DNA from: Nematocida ausubeli
Lineage: Eukaryota
Length of the DNA: 64,000 bases
Reading direction: 5' to 3'
NCBI RefSeq assembly: GCF_000738915.1
Contig: NW_026515636.1
Span: forward strand, 583,175-647,174
Shown here: piece by piece, positions 33,321 to 44,214 of the stretch
Layout: each line of letters begins with the position of its first letter
Position numbering within the stretch: the first letter of the stretch is position 1
Notes under the pieces: model-generated
The model's input: the letters and a program-made list of their open reading frames with translations, nothing else
The model's database searches: none
What the model was told of the DNA's origin: nothing
Translations under genes and position numbers: made by a program

Positions 33321-34550
33321 ATGAAGAAACTTCTACCAAGTAAGATAATATGTACACTAGGTCCAGCAAGCAGTTCTGAAGAAATAATCTGTAAGATGAT
33401 TGATGAAGGAATGTCTATTGCAAGGATCAATCTAAGTCATGCAGCTGGAGAAAGCAGCCATGCAGTCCTTAATATGCTAAACCACCTTAGAGAAAATATA
33501 AAGTACTCTGCGCTCAGTATTGCTATGGACACAAAGGGACCTGAAATTCGCACAGGAATAGTTCCTGACGTAGGAATCCTGATTAACCAAGGGGACACAG
33601 TTGTCCTCACTACTGACACAAAGTACTCAGACAGCTGCGAAAAGAGTAAAGTATTTATAGACCACAAAAACATATACGACGACTTAAGCGATGCATGCCG
33701 CTCAATCTTCATTGATGACGGTAAGCTGGAGCTTGAAGTACTTAGTGTATCCAAGAAAAGAGAAGAAATCACCACGAAAGCCAAAAACAGCGGGTGTATC
33801 TTGTCTAGAAAGGGCGTAAATATCCCTAACATAAAGCTGTCCCTTCCTAATCTAACAGAGAACGACCGAAAGTCCATTGAGTTTGGCATTCAGCATGGAG
33901 TAGACTTAATATTTGCTTCGTTCATTCAAAGAAGACAGGATATAAAGGACATAAAACAGATGCTTACTGGAAGGCCAAATGTGAAAGTCATTGCTAAAAT
34001 AGAAAGTACAGAGGGACTGAATAATCTATCCGAAATAGTAGAGGAGGCAGATGGAGTGATGATAGCAAGGGGTGATTTAGGAATAGAAACAGACTACTCA
34101 AATCTTTTCTTTTCCCAATGCATGATTGCGAAAGAATGCAAGTACCAGAAAAAGCCGTTTATTGTTGCCACTGAGATACTAGAAAGCATGAAGTGCTCTT
34201 TAAAGCCAACCCGTGCAGAAGTAACTGACCTTTCCTTTGCTGTTCTCTCAGGAGCTGCCTGTGTTATGCTAAGCGGAGAAAGCGCTGTAGGCATTGATCC
34301 TGTAAACACTGTACGCGTAATGCACAAAATAGTAGAGAAAAGCAGTGAGGCAGTTCTTTTCCCAGAGGCTTTCAAAGACCAAATAACCCTGCAGCCTCCC
34401 GTAATGAAGGTTCTAATCTCAAAATCAGCAGAGTCCCTTCGAAGCACACATATTTTATTTGGATGGGGGGCTATTCATGCAGACCTTGCCAGTGACAATG
34501 TACAGATCCCGAATGGGTACCAGTTAGAGAGAGTTCTTGATGAGAAATAG
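33321..34550 (+). CDS. PYK: pyruvate kinase (short C-terminus)
   Basis: KIICTLGPAS, ARINLSH, DTKGPEIRTG, IFIDDG, AKIE, MIARGDLG, PTRAEVTD, MLSGESA. Confidence 0.96.
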   Translation: MKKLLPSKIICTLGPASSSEEIICKMIDEGMSIARINLSHAAGESSHAVLNMLNHLRENIKYSALSIAMDTKGPEIRTGIVPDVGILINQGDTVVLTTDTKYSDSCEKSKVFIDHKNIYDDLSDACRSIFIDDGKLELEVLSVSKKREEITTKAKNSGCILSRKGVNIPNIKLSLPNLTENDRKSIEFGIQHGVDLIFASFIQRRQDIKDIKQMLTGRPNVKVIAKIESTEGLNNLSEIVEEADGVMIARGDLGIETDYSNLFFSQCMIAKECKYQKKPFIVATEILESMKCSLKPTRAEVTDLSFAVLSGAACVMLSGESAVGIDPVNTVRVMHKIVEKSSEAVLFPEAFKDQITLQPPVMKVLISKSAESLRSTHILFGWGAIHADLASDNVQIPNGYQLERVLDEK

Positions 34551-34731
34551 TCTGCAGTGAATGAGATGCCAGAATGTTTCTTGTGCGCTATCTGTTCTTC
34601 CTGTACAGAATGCATCTACTTAAAGAACTTTTCTCATTTAGGCATGTACCCACAGCCAACGGACATAAGATCTTTATAAACAAAAAGTGTCTCTAGAAAC
34701 ATCCGCAATAAGAGAAGGTGATGATTTTACG

Positions 34732-34938
34732 CAGAAACATAAAAGAATATTGTGGTAAAACTCCCACTTTCATTAACTCTGTGAAATTCCTCGTATATCA
34801 GCAACTGACTATATAATAGTAAGAACAATTCAATTCAAGAAAAGGCGGAAGATGTCTGAAACAAGAAATACAATTATCAAATATGCAACAGGTCCAAGTC
34901 ACCAACCGTAAAATTACAAGAAATATCTTCTATAAAAC
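34732..34938 (+). repeat. dispersed non-coding element, subfamily A, copy A1
   Basis: TGTGGTAAAA.TCCCACTTTCATTA, ATTCCTCGTATATCAG, ACTGACTATATAATAGTAAG, GGCGGAA.ATGTC and AGTCACCAAC are shared with 62771-63020. Confidence 0.9.
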
Positions 34939-35214
34939 ATTTGTGATTCAATCTGATGCTGTAAAGGCATCAGAATAGATCTCTATCTGCTGTTCTTTTT
35001 GCATTTTCATGCTAGAACAAATAAGAATTAATTTCAGTGATTCAGATTGTATTGATATATCTGGTCAATAATCACTTGATCATCTATATAGCTAGAAGAG
35101 AAGAATAAATAGCTAGGTTGGTGCCTAGAGACTAGGAAGTTAAGAATAATCTACTTTCTGTAAGAGTATCCGCAAATAAAAAGAATAAATACAGTGTTTT
35201 AAAATTTTAAAGGT

Positions 35215-36228
35215 ATGGAAGATTGCATAGCAAGAGAACCGAAAAGAGCTTTGAAAGGAAAAGTCAAAAAAATAATCGATCTAGTTGCACGGTATTTAGA
35301 ATGTAGCCCAGCAGAGCTAGATGCAGAAAGAGAAAAGGCCGGATATAGCAATGTTGTATATAAAGTTTCACATGGAGACACGAAATATCTTTATAAAGAA
35401 TATTTGGCAAACAGCAGGGATATAAAGGAGCTGCAGTGGCAGTTATTTTTTAAAAGCCCAAGGATCCTTTATGAGTGCAAAAACTATCGCATTGATGAAT
35501 ACATCGACCATGTGGCTCTGACTAAGTCCTTATTTAAAGAAGAAAACGTCCTTATTAGCCTAGCAAAAGCACTAGCTTGTATACACTCAGAGAAAAGAGA
35601 ACTGCCCTCTGCTGAAATGGATATTTTCTATCTGGACAGAATGGTCCAGGAAAGAGAGAGCCTGAACAGTAAGATAAAGTTTGTTCGCTTTATGCAGATA
35701 TGCAAAAAGATAGAGAAAAAGATCGATCAGCTCTATAGTGAAAGCCTTTTCAAAGACGATCTGTGTCTTTGCCATAACGACCTGCAGTTTGGAAATATTC
35801 TAATTCTGCCTGAAAAAGAGGCAAAGATCATTGACTTTGAGCATGTCTCCAGAAATATTCCAACAGTAGAGATTGCAAACCTTTTCAATGAAGCCTCGAC
35901 TAATTACGCAGTCCGGGGAGCACCACTGGCAAAGAAGCAGCACTTTATACAATCTGAAAGCGCAAAGATATTTGTGAAGGAGTATCTTAGACAAAGGAGT
36001 AATACAATCTCAGTAGGAAAGTTTCTGCAAGAAGTTGAGAAGATGCAGTGTATTCCGCACTACTATTGGTTTATATGGGCTATTCAGATGCTTTTAACGA
36101 ATAAGGAAAAAGGTTCCTTGGACTATTTCTCATTCGCCATGAACAGGCTGCAGTACCTGCATAGAGAGAACTTCATAACCAAAAATAATTTTAAGGAGAT
36201 GCAATGCATTATTAGAAACAGCCAGTAG
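35215..36228 (+). CDS. choline/ethanolamine kinase
   Basis: GYSNVVY, YRIDEYI, Brenner motif CHNDLQFGNIL, IIDFEH, IANLFNE, HYYWFIWA. Confidence 0.92.
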   Translation: MEDCIAREPKRALKGKVKKIIDLVARYLECSPAELDAEREKAGYSNVVYKVSHGDTKYLYKEYLANSRDIKELQWQLFFKSPRILYECKNYRIDEYIDHVALTKSLFKEENVLISLAKALACIHSEKRELPSAEMDIFYLDRMVQERESLNSKIKFVRFMQICKKIEKKIDQLYSESLFKDDLCLCHNDLQFGNILILPEKEAKIIDFEHVSRNIPTVEIANLFNEASTNYAVRGAPLAKKQHFIQSESAKIFVKEYLRQRSNTISVGKFLQEVEKMQCIPHYYWFIWAIQMLLTNKEKGSLDYFSFAMNRLQYLHRENFITKNNFKEMQCIIRNSQ

Positions 36229-37147
36229 AATGGCTGCGTATACAAGAGAAGAATATCTTCTATACAGTATATTTTAATCTACTATGGCTATATACAGTTA
36301 TATAGTGCGCCCGAATAATTTGCAAAGCATACAGTCAACTATCTTTTTGGACACACGGCTTATACTCAGCTAAACCCTCAGATACTCATGGAATTGCCAT
36401 ATTCTATTGCAGAAGCAGCACTCTACTATTATACTAATACCTTAGTCACTGCACTTAATGCTAGATAGTACTAGACTCTATAGTTCTTTTACAATCTGAA
36501 TTTGTTCTGAACATCCTACAAGATACCGTTATGATTTAAAAAGAAATTAAAACTCTTTTAATATACGCTATGCTAATTGTTTATCCCCAGTGTTTTCTTT
36601 GAATATGCACTTTGAATAGCCCTTTTCTTTAGCTACCTATTCTATTTGTATGTCCTATTCAAGATATATTGAATATGATCCATGCAGTAGAATGATTAAC
36701 TCTATCTAAGCCCGCTATTATACCTTGAGTTAAAGCCAATTAATTCCATTGCTGCCTTAAGGAGCACTATTATCAAGATTTGTCTTTTCTGAAAATACGA
36801 GTTTCTTAAATATATAATAGTCTTCAGTGCAAATAACTGAACTTAAATAAAGTCGCAAATAAAATGCAGTACTTCAGGTAGTATGGCCAATCTGTCTCTG
36901 CCTTTATTATTTTTATTAAATACTTTCGCTCTATTTATTATTAGTGGCCAAAATCTGGACAGGCAGAGGCAGCTGCTATTTAGCCAGTAAATAAAAATAC
37001 AGTTTGTATAAAAGGCTAATAATGTGATGTTAACTTTAATTTTATAATATACTAGTTTTTTCTCAACCTATGCTGCACTCGGGAACAAACAGGCGTACTT
37101 CTCTATACTTATAAAGACTTGCTGCAAGAAAATACATTCTGGCATGA

Positions 37148-37567
37148 TTAGCATGTGAAATATCCCTCCTCATCCACTTCTGTCTTTCTCTTTTTCTTCC
37201 ATGACTGTCCTGTTTTCTCAAGTATATCAGAGGCCTCTGCTAATTTTTCGTCTAGATTTTGCAAGAGAGTTGTTTCACTGTAGGAAACATGGACAACTGG
37301 TGTGTTAAAGAAGTCTATTGCATCATTAATGCTTTTAAACTCAATTATTATCTGATATAGAATTTTCATCACATCTGCTTCTTTTTTTTCTGTTACTATG
37401 TACTTCACCGAATATGCCTTTTCTGAGTTTACCCGGATTAGCGAATTAAATGGAAGCGAAAAGATGACTATGTTCTCTTTTCTTGTTAGGGGGGTGTGCA
37501 GCTTCGTTCTGTACTCTACTCCTTGCAGCTTAAATGGAAAACATACTGTAATGCACTCTACCGCCAT
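37148..37567 (-). CDS. hypothetical protein, possibly a reduced Rrp7-like ribosome biogenesis factor
   Basis: 139-aa ORF with ATG after a T-tract. IVIFSLP and IIIEFKS are RRM-like; terminal VDEEGYFT resembles Rrp7 DEDGF.TV. Product call is weak. Confidence 0.6.
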   Translation of the reverse strand: MAVECITVCFPFKLQGVEYRTKLHTPLTRKENIVIFSLPFNSLIRVNSEKAYSVKYIVTEKKEADVMKILYQIIIEFKSINDAIDFFNTPVVHVSYSETTLLQNLDEKLAEASDILEKTGQSWKKKRKTEVDEEGYFTC

Positions 37568-37653
37568 ATGAAAAAACGCACAAAATAAAATTTGTAAAGG
37601 TTAAATAGCTCTCTACCAAGATGTGCGCATACTCGCATATGTTTAATTGACCT

Positions 37654-38688
37654 TCATATAAAATGCGTGGCTGCCTTTGTAAGTCTATCCATAACACCTC
37701 TTCCTTCGTTATTCTTTGGAATTTCTGCTGTATATATGACAGATACATGTCTATCTAGATATCTTAGACCGTCAAATATTCTTTGTGCTGCTGTCTTTGC
37801 GTCTTCTCCCAGGAAATATGCAGTATCTTCGTCCTTTATATATTCTTTATAGCTGTCTGGCAGAAGAAACCCAAATGCTCTTTTGGGCTCATTAGAGGAT
37901 ATTTCTCTGCTTAGAGCAGTTGATAGTTTTCCTACTATGCTTAGCTTGCTGCCAATTTCTTCAGCTGTTCCTGTTATCATAATGACTGTTGCGGATGGGG
38001 AGTAGTGTTTATATCTGGTTCCTGGTGACACAGTTCCATCCACAGTGCTTGTCCCTTTGTTGATTTCTAGTCGTGGAAGGTATTCTTTTATTTCTTCATA
38101 TGAGATGGCTCCTGCCCGCAGCAAAAGCGGTGTGTCTAATATTCCATTCACAACGGTTGATTCGATGCCTTTTTCACACGCTCCTCCATCAATAATTAGC
38201 GACAAACACCCATTTAGGTCGTCAAACACATGCTGTGCTGTTGTAGGACTTGGCCTGCTGCTTTTATTTGCAGAAGGACCAACAAGCGGCTGGTTAATAT
38301 GGTCAATTACCCGAAGGGTATCTTTGTGGTCTGGCATGCGGATTGCCACGTATTCGCTGCCTGCTGTTACAGAGTATGGAAGCTCTTTACTCTTTTTGAA
38401 GAGAAGAGTTAAAGGGCCTGGCCAGAATGCATCAATAAGCGCATGGTAGACTTCTGGTATTTCTCCATCAATACACGTTCTTAGAAGCTCCAAAGACGAG
38501 ACATGCACTATTAGCGGATTGTCCTGGGGTCTGTTTTTTATTTCAAACACTTTTTTAATAAGATCTTCTCTCCAAACTGGCGCACCCAGTCCATACACTG
38601 TTTCGGTTGGGAATGCAACAGGTACCTTCTCTATTTCCCTCGCTATTCTAGACATGTTTCCCTCTACTTTTAATATATCCGTATGCAT
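37654..38688 (-). CDS. SUA5: threonylcarbamoyl-AMP synthase Sua5
   Basis: VAFPTETVYGLG, KNRPQDNPLIVH, WPGPLT, PSANKS, GIESTV, SPGTRYKHYSP. Start at 38688 preferred; in-frame ATG also at 38739. Confidence 0.95.
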   Translation of the reverse strand: MHTDILKVEGNMSRIAREIEKVPVAFPTETVYGLGAPVWREDLIKKVFEIKNRPQDNPLIVHVSSLELLRTCIDGEIPEVYHALIDAFWPGPLTLLFKKSKELPYSVTAGSEYVAIRMPDHKDTLRVIDHINQPLVGPSANKSSRPSPTTAQHVFDDLNGCLSLIIDGGACEKGIESTVVNGILDTPLLLRAGAISYEEIKEYLPRLEINKGTSTVDGTVSPGTRYKHYSPSATVIMITGTAEEIGSKLSIVGKLSTALSREISSNEPKRAFGFLLPDSYKEYIKDEDTAYFLGEDAKTAAQRIFDGLRYLDRHVSVIYTAEIPKNNEGRGVMDRLTKAATHFI

Positions 38689-39010
38689 AAAAATTTTGCT
38701 GTAAAACGGTACAGAAATAAACTGCCTTGCTATGTACATTGTGTGGTATTTCTAGGTGCAGCTTAGAAAGAAGATGCACCAGATGGTTTTAATTACATTT
38801 GAAAAGGATCTTATTAAAATATGGCAGCAGTCTGTGGTATAGTAAAGTGCACGAGAATAAGCACCATGCCAGTAGAGCTGGTAGTGGTTGCATGCACAGA
38901 ATAATACCTCTGGAAATATCTTTCTAGCACAAGCCTGCCACAATGTACATACATAGCAATATTACTATAACTGTATTAGTGTGTCTAATTGGTCATGCTA
39001 CTTAGAACAA

Positions 39011-39922
39011 CTAAATATCTGACATGTCCTCTTCTTCTGGCTCACTGTATGACAGGAGCTGCTTTTCTTCTATTTGCGGTTTATGCTCATTTTTATATGG
39101 GGTCTTTTCCTCTGGGAAATATCCTTGGCTTTGCAGCTCGTCTAAATAGGTAGCTATTTCATTGGTTTCTCTATTAGAGGGACATTGTTCCTTAAATATG
39201 CACTGGCCGCAGAGAGGCTCTCTCTTACATATAGTAACCCCATGGTGGTCAAAGCCTGGCATTACTATTCTCCAGAGCTTGAACGAGAATAGCCCTTCTA
39301 CTATACTCTTGATGCGAGCTGCTTTTACATAGTCTAATTTTACATATCGATAGAGTGTATCAATGTGTTTAACTTCAATCCCCTCAAGCCACCCTAAGCG
39401 ATAGAGAACCCGGCTCATTGGTATTGAAAGGCCAATCTCATTTGCGTCATTCCATGCATTATACATTATCATGTTGGCTTTGAAAGTATTTATGAGGCTG
39501 AAACCTAGAAGACTAAGCACTGTTGTGGGTATTTCATTGTACTCCACGATGTAGACAGCCAGATTCTTAATGTTTTGCGCAGCCTTAAGAGTTATTTTGT
39601 TCTTTAGACATGACTTTATCTCTATAGAAGATGCTCTTGCTATCTCAACAGGATTCAACCGATCTACTGGGCCTGTCCAGTTGTTTGTTACAAGCTTTCT
39701 AGTTGTTTTTGGTTTGATATTTTCCAACTGCCTGATCGGCTCCATTCTGCTCTTTATGGATCGCCTCCTTGCAAGAGCACAGTAGAAAAGAACATACACT
39801 CTTCGGAGCAAAGGATTTTCTATATTCTGAATCTCATCAGGCAATTCGTTATAATAGCTTCCACTGCATTTATTTTCCTTCCAAACACGGAATAGCTCTA
39901 TTGCTACTTGATTTCTGTCCAT
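39011..39922 (-). CDS. HhH-GPD/endonuclease III-like protein with C-terminal 4-Cys Fe-S motif and degenerate active site
   Basis: IPTTVLSLL...KANMIMYNAW, RVLYRLGW and HGVTICKREPLCGQCIFKEQCPS follow the Nth layout. Confidence 0.75.
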   Translation of the reverse strand: MDRNQVAIELFRVWKENKCSGSYYNELPDEIQNIENPLLRRVYVLFYCALARRRSIKSRMEPIRQLENIKPKTTRKLVTNNWTGPVDRLNPVEIARASSIEIKSCLKNKITLKAAQNIKNLAVYIVEYNEIPTTVLSLLGFSLINTFKANMIMYNAWNDANEIGLSIPMSRVLYRLGWLEGIEVKHIDTLYRYVKLDYVKAARIKSIVEGLFSFKLWRIVMPGFDHHGVTICKREPLCGQCIFKEQCPSNRETNEIATYLDELQSQGYFPEEKTPYKNEHKPQIEEKQLLSYSEPEEEDMSDI

Positions 39923-40105
39923 GCAAATTTGTGCGGCTAAAAGAAAGTATAAAAACTAAAAACAAAAATATTAGAGACTGCGCTGATTCGAAACTGCGCA
40001 ATTATTGCATACGGCTGCGAAGAAGACTATTCGCATCTGCATTATTTCTATCTTTATCAAGCTTTAAGATGAAATCCATAAAGACTTTTTTTATTTTTAG
40101 ATTCA

Positions 40106-41422
40106 ATGGAGCGAGTTAAAGTGTTTCTGCGGGTGAAGGGCGAAAAGAGAGATGGGGCATTTATGTTTTCAGAAAACTCAGTTATAGACAAGTCTGGCAT
40201 GTATGACTTTGACAAGATCTTCTATGGGAAAGACCAAACAAATGTATTTCAGAGCTTGTGCCCGCTGATTACTATGGCTCTAAGCGGGTATAGTACAACT
40301 GTATTCACATATGGGCAGACTGGCAGTGGGAAAACATACACAATGGAGGGAACTGCGGACAGCCCGGGTCTTATTCCACTAACGATAAAAAAAATATTTG
40401 ATGAGAAAGTAAAGAATGTGACCATATCAGTTATAGAAATATACAATGAGAAGATTTTTGATCTTCTTTCCTTGGACCAGATAAATGTAAGGGAAAGCAG
40501 TGCCGGCATAGTACTTGACAGAATACAGGCAGTTGAGTGCCCAACGGTTGATGCTGCAATGGGTGTCTTCAATGCAGGAATTAAAAATAGGCGGACCGAC
40601 TGCAACGAAGTAAACAGTAGAAGTAGCAGAAGCCATATGGTCTTTACAATTTCTCTTGCAAAGGAAACCGACCACTTTTTGGCCGAATCCAAGATAACTT
40701 TGGTCGATCTGGCTGGGTCAGAGAAGCTTTCCTACGATAAGCATGGCCGAAGTGAAAGAGAGAATGCAAGAGGAAGTGGCTCTGAGTTTCTAATAAAGAA
40801 GCAGAAAACAGCAGATAAGTCCTTGGAAACCAGCAATATCAACAAAAGCCTTCTCTGCCTCAGTAGAATTATTAGCACTCTTTCAGCAGACAGCAAAGCG
40901 AAATACATAAATTATAGGGACTCGAAGCTGACCTTTCTTCTCCGCGACTCACTCAGCCAGAACTCCAATCTGGCAATTATTGGAGCTGTGCAGCCAGAAG
41001 ATCAGGCAGAAACAAAAAGTACAATTGGTTTTCTGTCAACTGCTAAGAAAATAAAGCTGTCCCCAGAGCTGAAAACCAGCGAAAAAACAGCTGAAAAGCT
41101 AATAAATCAGATAAAGGCCCTAACCGCGCAGAACCACGATCTTAAAGACAAAGTAAATGAGCTGCTGGAGAAGCAAAGCAGAGGAGATAAAGAAGACTTT
41201 CTTAAAAGTATAAACAGCTCACTGGAGGAGGCCAAGCATCTGATGCGGCGAATAGACTTAGCTTCCAAAGCGGCTGATAAGATCAAAGAGCAACTGAGCA
41301 CAATTAAAGCCAAGAACAATGAGCTAGGCTTTGCTGTATTTAACAAAATGTCTGAGATGCACAAGCAAAACGTCTTTTCTGAGCTAGAAATACTTCAAGA
41401 TATAAAAACTAGCCAGAAGTAG
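40106..41422 (+). CDS. kinesin motor protein with C-terminal coiled coil
   Basis: YGQTGSGKT, EIYNE, NSRSSRSH, LVDLAGSE, INKSL, YRDSKLT. Confidence 0.96.
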   Translation: MERVKVFLRVKGEKRDGAFMFSENSVIDKSGMYDFDKIFYGKDQTNVFQSLCPLITMALSGYSTTVFTYGQTGSGKTYTMEGTADSPGLIPLTIKKIFDEKVKNVTISVIEIYNEKIFDLLSLDQINVRESSAGIVLDRIQAVECPTVDAAMGVFNAGIKNRRTDCNEVNSRSSRSHMVFTISLAKETDHFLAESKITLVDLAGSEKLSYDKHGRSERENARGSGSEFLIKKQKTADKSLETSNINKSLLCLSRIISTLSADSKAKYINYRDSKLTFLLRDSLSQNSNLAIIGAVQPEDQAETKSTIGFLSTAKKIKLSPELKTSEKTAEKLINQIKALTAQNHDLKDKVNELLEKQSRGDKEDFLKSINSSLEEAKHLMRRIDLASKAADKIKEQLSTIKAKNNELGFAVFNKMSEMHKQNVFSELEILQDIKTSQK

Positions 41423-41896
41423 AAGACTAAGCACATAGTATGCATAAAATTATAAAGATACACGCTGATTTTTCTTTGAAATTTTAGACTTATTTACTCA
41501 GCCCATAATAACACAAATTATATTCATTTTCCATCTACGCCTGCACCCTCTGTCATATATCATATTGGTCTAGGAGTAATTTTCAGGACGTCTATTCATT
41601 GTAAAGATATATATTAATTGCGCATTATTATAAATAAGGTAGAAAGTCTAAGTCATAGCGTATCTATGCATAGGCATGCAGAGTTTCTTGTACCATACTA
41701 ACCTGCAGCCAAAATCCGATATCTCAAAAACCATCATCTATCTACACCATTGTTCAAAGAAAGGACTATCTTCCTTTGTGAGCGAAAAGTTAAGAATAAA
41801 AGCACTCTAGCAGTAAATCCGCTGCAACTGAGTTTTTCTCTAATTTGTTAGTTCTAAAACTGAGCATTCTTAAATATTTTTACTTTTTATTTGGCA

Positions 41897-42532
41897 ATGA
41901 GTATGGATATGGAGAATATGCCGGCACGGCACAAGCTAAATGAAGAGTGGGTCTTATGGTTTGATTATCAGGATAAAAAATATACAAACAATGACAACTG
42001 GAGCGATAGTTTGCACAAGCTTGGAACTGTTTCAGATATAGAGGCATTTTGGAGCACTTTAAAAGAGATTGGTGATTTAGCTCTTTTGCCTGTTAGCTCA
42101 AATCTTCACTTCTTTAGAAATGGAATAGAGCCCATGTGGGAGGATCCAAGAAACTCTGCTGGTGGGAAGTGGGTTTTGGAGCTTCCTTTTGGCCAGAATC
42201 CAGAGCAAATATGGACAAACACCCTGCTGTTCTGTATTTCTGAAAGCTTCTTAGTAAGAGCTCCAAATGGGGTGCTGCAGGATTCTATTATTTCTAACTC
42301 AACAATAGATAGAGCTTTATCAGGCGCCATTTGCGGGGCTGTTTTTTCACCGCGTAAGAACTATATAAGAATAAGTATATGGACCAGCATTAAAGACAAA
42401 AAAGTCACACGCATTGGAGAGCTGTGGAAAGAGTTTGCTGAGATCCCTGGAAACGTTAAAATTTCCTTTAAAGTACACGAGAGCGCAATCAAGGGGTCAA
42501 AAGACTCGTCTTCAGACGTCTATTCTCTGTAA
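41897..42532 (+). CDS. eIF4E: translation initiation factor eIF4E
   Basis: HKLNEEWVLW, EAFW, FFRNGIEPMWED..N..GGKW, ICGAV, RISIW. Confidence 0.95.
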   Translation: MSMDMENMPARHKLNEEWVLWFDYQDKKYTNNDNWSDSLHKLGTVSDIEAFWSTLKEIGDLALLPVSSNLHFFRNGIEPMWEDPRNSAGGKWVLELPFGQNPEQIWTNTLLFCISESFLVRAPNGVLQDSIISNSTIDRALSGAICGAVFSPRKNYIRISIWTSIKDKKVTRIGELWKEFAEIPGNVKISFKVHESAIKGSKDSSSDVYSL

Positions 42533-43293
42533 GAGTTAAGTTTAAATAACAAGAAGCAATAAAGCTGTGAAAAGAGTTGAAGTAGAGGTGAAAGTAAATA
42601 CTCTGTGTTGCTTGGGAAAAGCAATAGAAATAAAAATGTTTGATTTGAGGTTCAAATTAATTGGAATCTGAAAAATATCTGTTCAAATATGCCTGTGCTG
42701 CTACTGATGTAATAGCCTATTATTGCGCAATTGCCTGCAGTTGTCCGCTTAAAGGGCTGCTTGCCCTTTAATTATTACGCAGAGAACACACAATTGCACA
42801 GGGATATTTCAAAAAGGGAAGCATGTCTTAAGAGGAAGAACAGTTTTAATAGAACATATACAATGGCTTGTTATTCGTATACCAAGAGGCATCCATATAA
42901 ACATAATAAAAAGACTTCCTTATGGCGTTGAACAATCTCTACTACTTTTTCCAATACTGCAGAGTCCTCAGTATAAGCGCTTTTGCAAGAGCAACCACAA
43001 GACAGCTTGCGCTGGTCTAAATAGAAAAATAGACATGTTTGCATAATGCTTCTTGCAGAAAATCCATCTTTCCAGCTGTGTGCCCAATTCCTTTTATCTA
43101 GCTGCTTTAATTTATATTCCGCCCTTGCCAGCTTCTCTCTACTATAGTATTTTCGGGGAAAGAAATAGATAAACAATGAGAATCCATCGCACAATGCCCA
43201 AGTTCAATATGACTAAGAATAATTATTTAATGGAACCCCTGATTTTAGGTATAATAACTCTGCTCTAAGGCTACAATTCACATGTGATATGAT

Positions 43294-44214
43294 CTATATT
43301 TCTGAAAGAGACTTAAGAAGAATGCATGATTTGCACACTCCCTCTGCACCAGAGCAGTTTTTGCCACAAACTTCGCATGCCTTGCTATCCATATGATATG
43401 AATTTTTCTGTACACATTTCCCTGATTTGATGATTTTCAAAATTGCTTGTGAGTTTATCTTTTCTAGTGCTTTTATGTACGTTCTTACATGCCCTCTAAA
43501 CGCCCCTGGCGAGTATTTGCACTCTGTTGAAAAGTATGGTAGGTTGTTGTAGAAGGCATACATTACTATCTCTTTCTCATATAGGCCTGCAAGTGGCTTG
43601 CATCTAGGTATCACCTCTTTGGAAGAAGTTAATGTTATTGGGTGTGCGCACTTTACTAGCCTATTCATGTCTCCTCGTAAGTAGTTTAAAAGAATTGTTT
43701 CTGCTATATCATCTGCATTGTGGCCTGTGGCTATCATGTCGCCCTTTAGCAGCTTGGCTCCATCTTCCAATGCACCTCTCCTAAACACCCCACAGTACGT
43801 GCAGTTGTTTTTTCTGCCTATTTTCGTTACCACCGCATCCATTGTATAGCCATATATATCATTGTAGCTCATTATTTTTAAAGGAATAGACAATTCTTTT
43901 TCATTTATATGCACTACCTCTATTGATTTGTCTCGATATCCTGAAATTCCTTCATCAATGCACAGGAGCCTTAGATCTAGATTATAGCAATGCCTTTTGT
44001 TCAATATGTTAAGAATATGTGCTAAAACAGTTGAATCTTTCCCCCCGCTAACTCCAACTACAAGCGTTTTAACGTCTTTGAACATATCTGTTTCTTGAAT
44101 GGTCGTATGCACTTGGTCTTCTATGCTCTGAATAAAACACCTTTTGCATAATTTTGTTTTCGTGGATGGTCTAATTGTTATGGCTGGCTGTTTGTTGCAC
44201 TCATTACATCCCAT
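43294..44214 (-). CDS. NCS6: cytoplasmic tRNA 2-thiolation protein 1 (Ncs6/Ctu1)
   Basis: SGGKDS PP-loop, IDEGI, CTYCGVFRR, TGHNADDIAET, YEKEIV, terminal CxxC pairs. ATG at 44214. Confidence 0.95.
   Translation of the reverse strand: MGCNECNKQPAITIRPSTKTKLCKRCFIQSIEDQVHTTIQETDMFKDVKTLVVGVSGGKDSTVLAHILNILNKRHCYNLDLRLLCIDEGISGYRDKSIEVVHINEKELSIPLKIMSYNDIYGYTMDAVVTKIGRKNNCTYCGVFRRGALEDGAKLLKGDMIATGHNADDIAETILLNYLRGDMNRLVKCAHPITLTSSKEVIPRCKPLAGLYEKEIVMYAFYNNLPYFSTECKYSPGAFRGHVRTYIKALEKINSQAILKIIKSGKCVQKNSYHMDSKACEVCGKNCSGAEGVCKSCILLKSLSEI

Noticed and set aside
34952..34974. 8-bp hairpin TCTGATGC/GCATCAGA after element A1
   Set aside because: Short, not present in the other copies, and compatible with chance.
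42731..43194. ORFs between eIF4E and NCS6 (66 and 107 aa)
   Set aside because: Non-ATG starts, no motifs, located in a convergent 3' gap.
37654..44214. Functional cluster of tRNA-modification genes (SUA5, NCS6), or of lipid genes (PDAT, choline kinase, MBOAT)
   Set aside because: Separated by unrelated genes; expected by chance in a small gene-dense genome.
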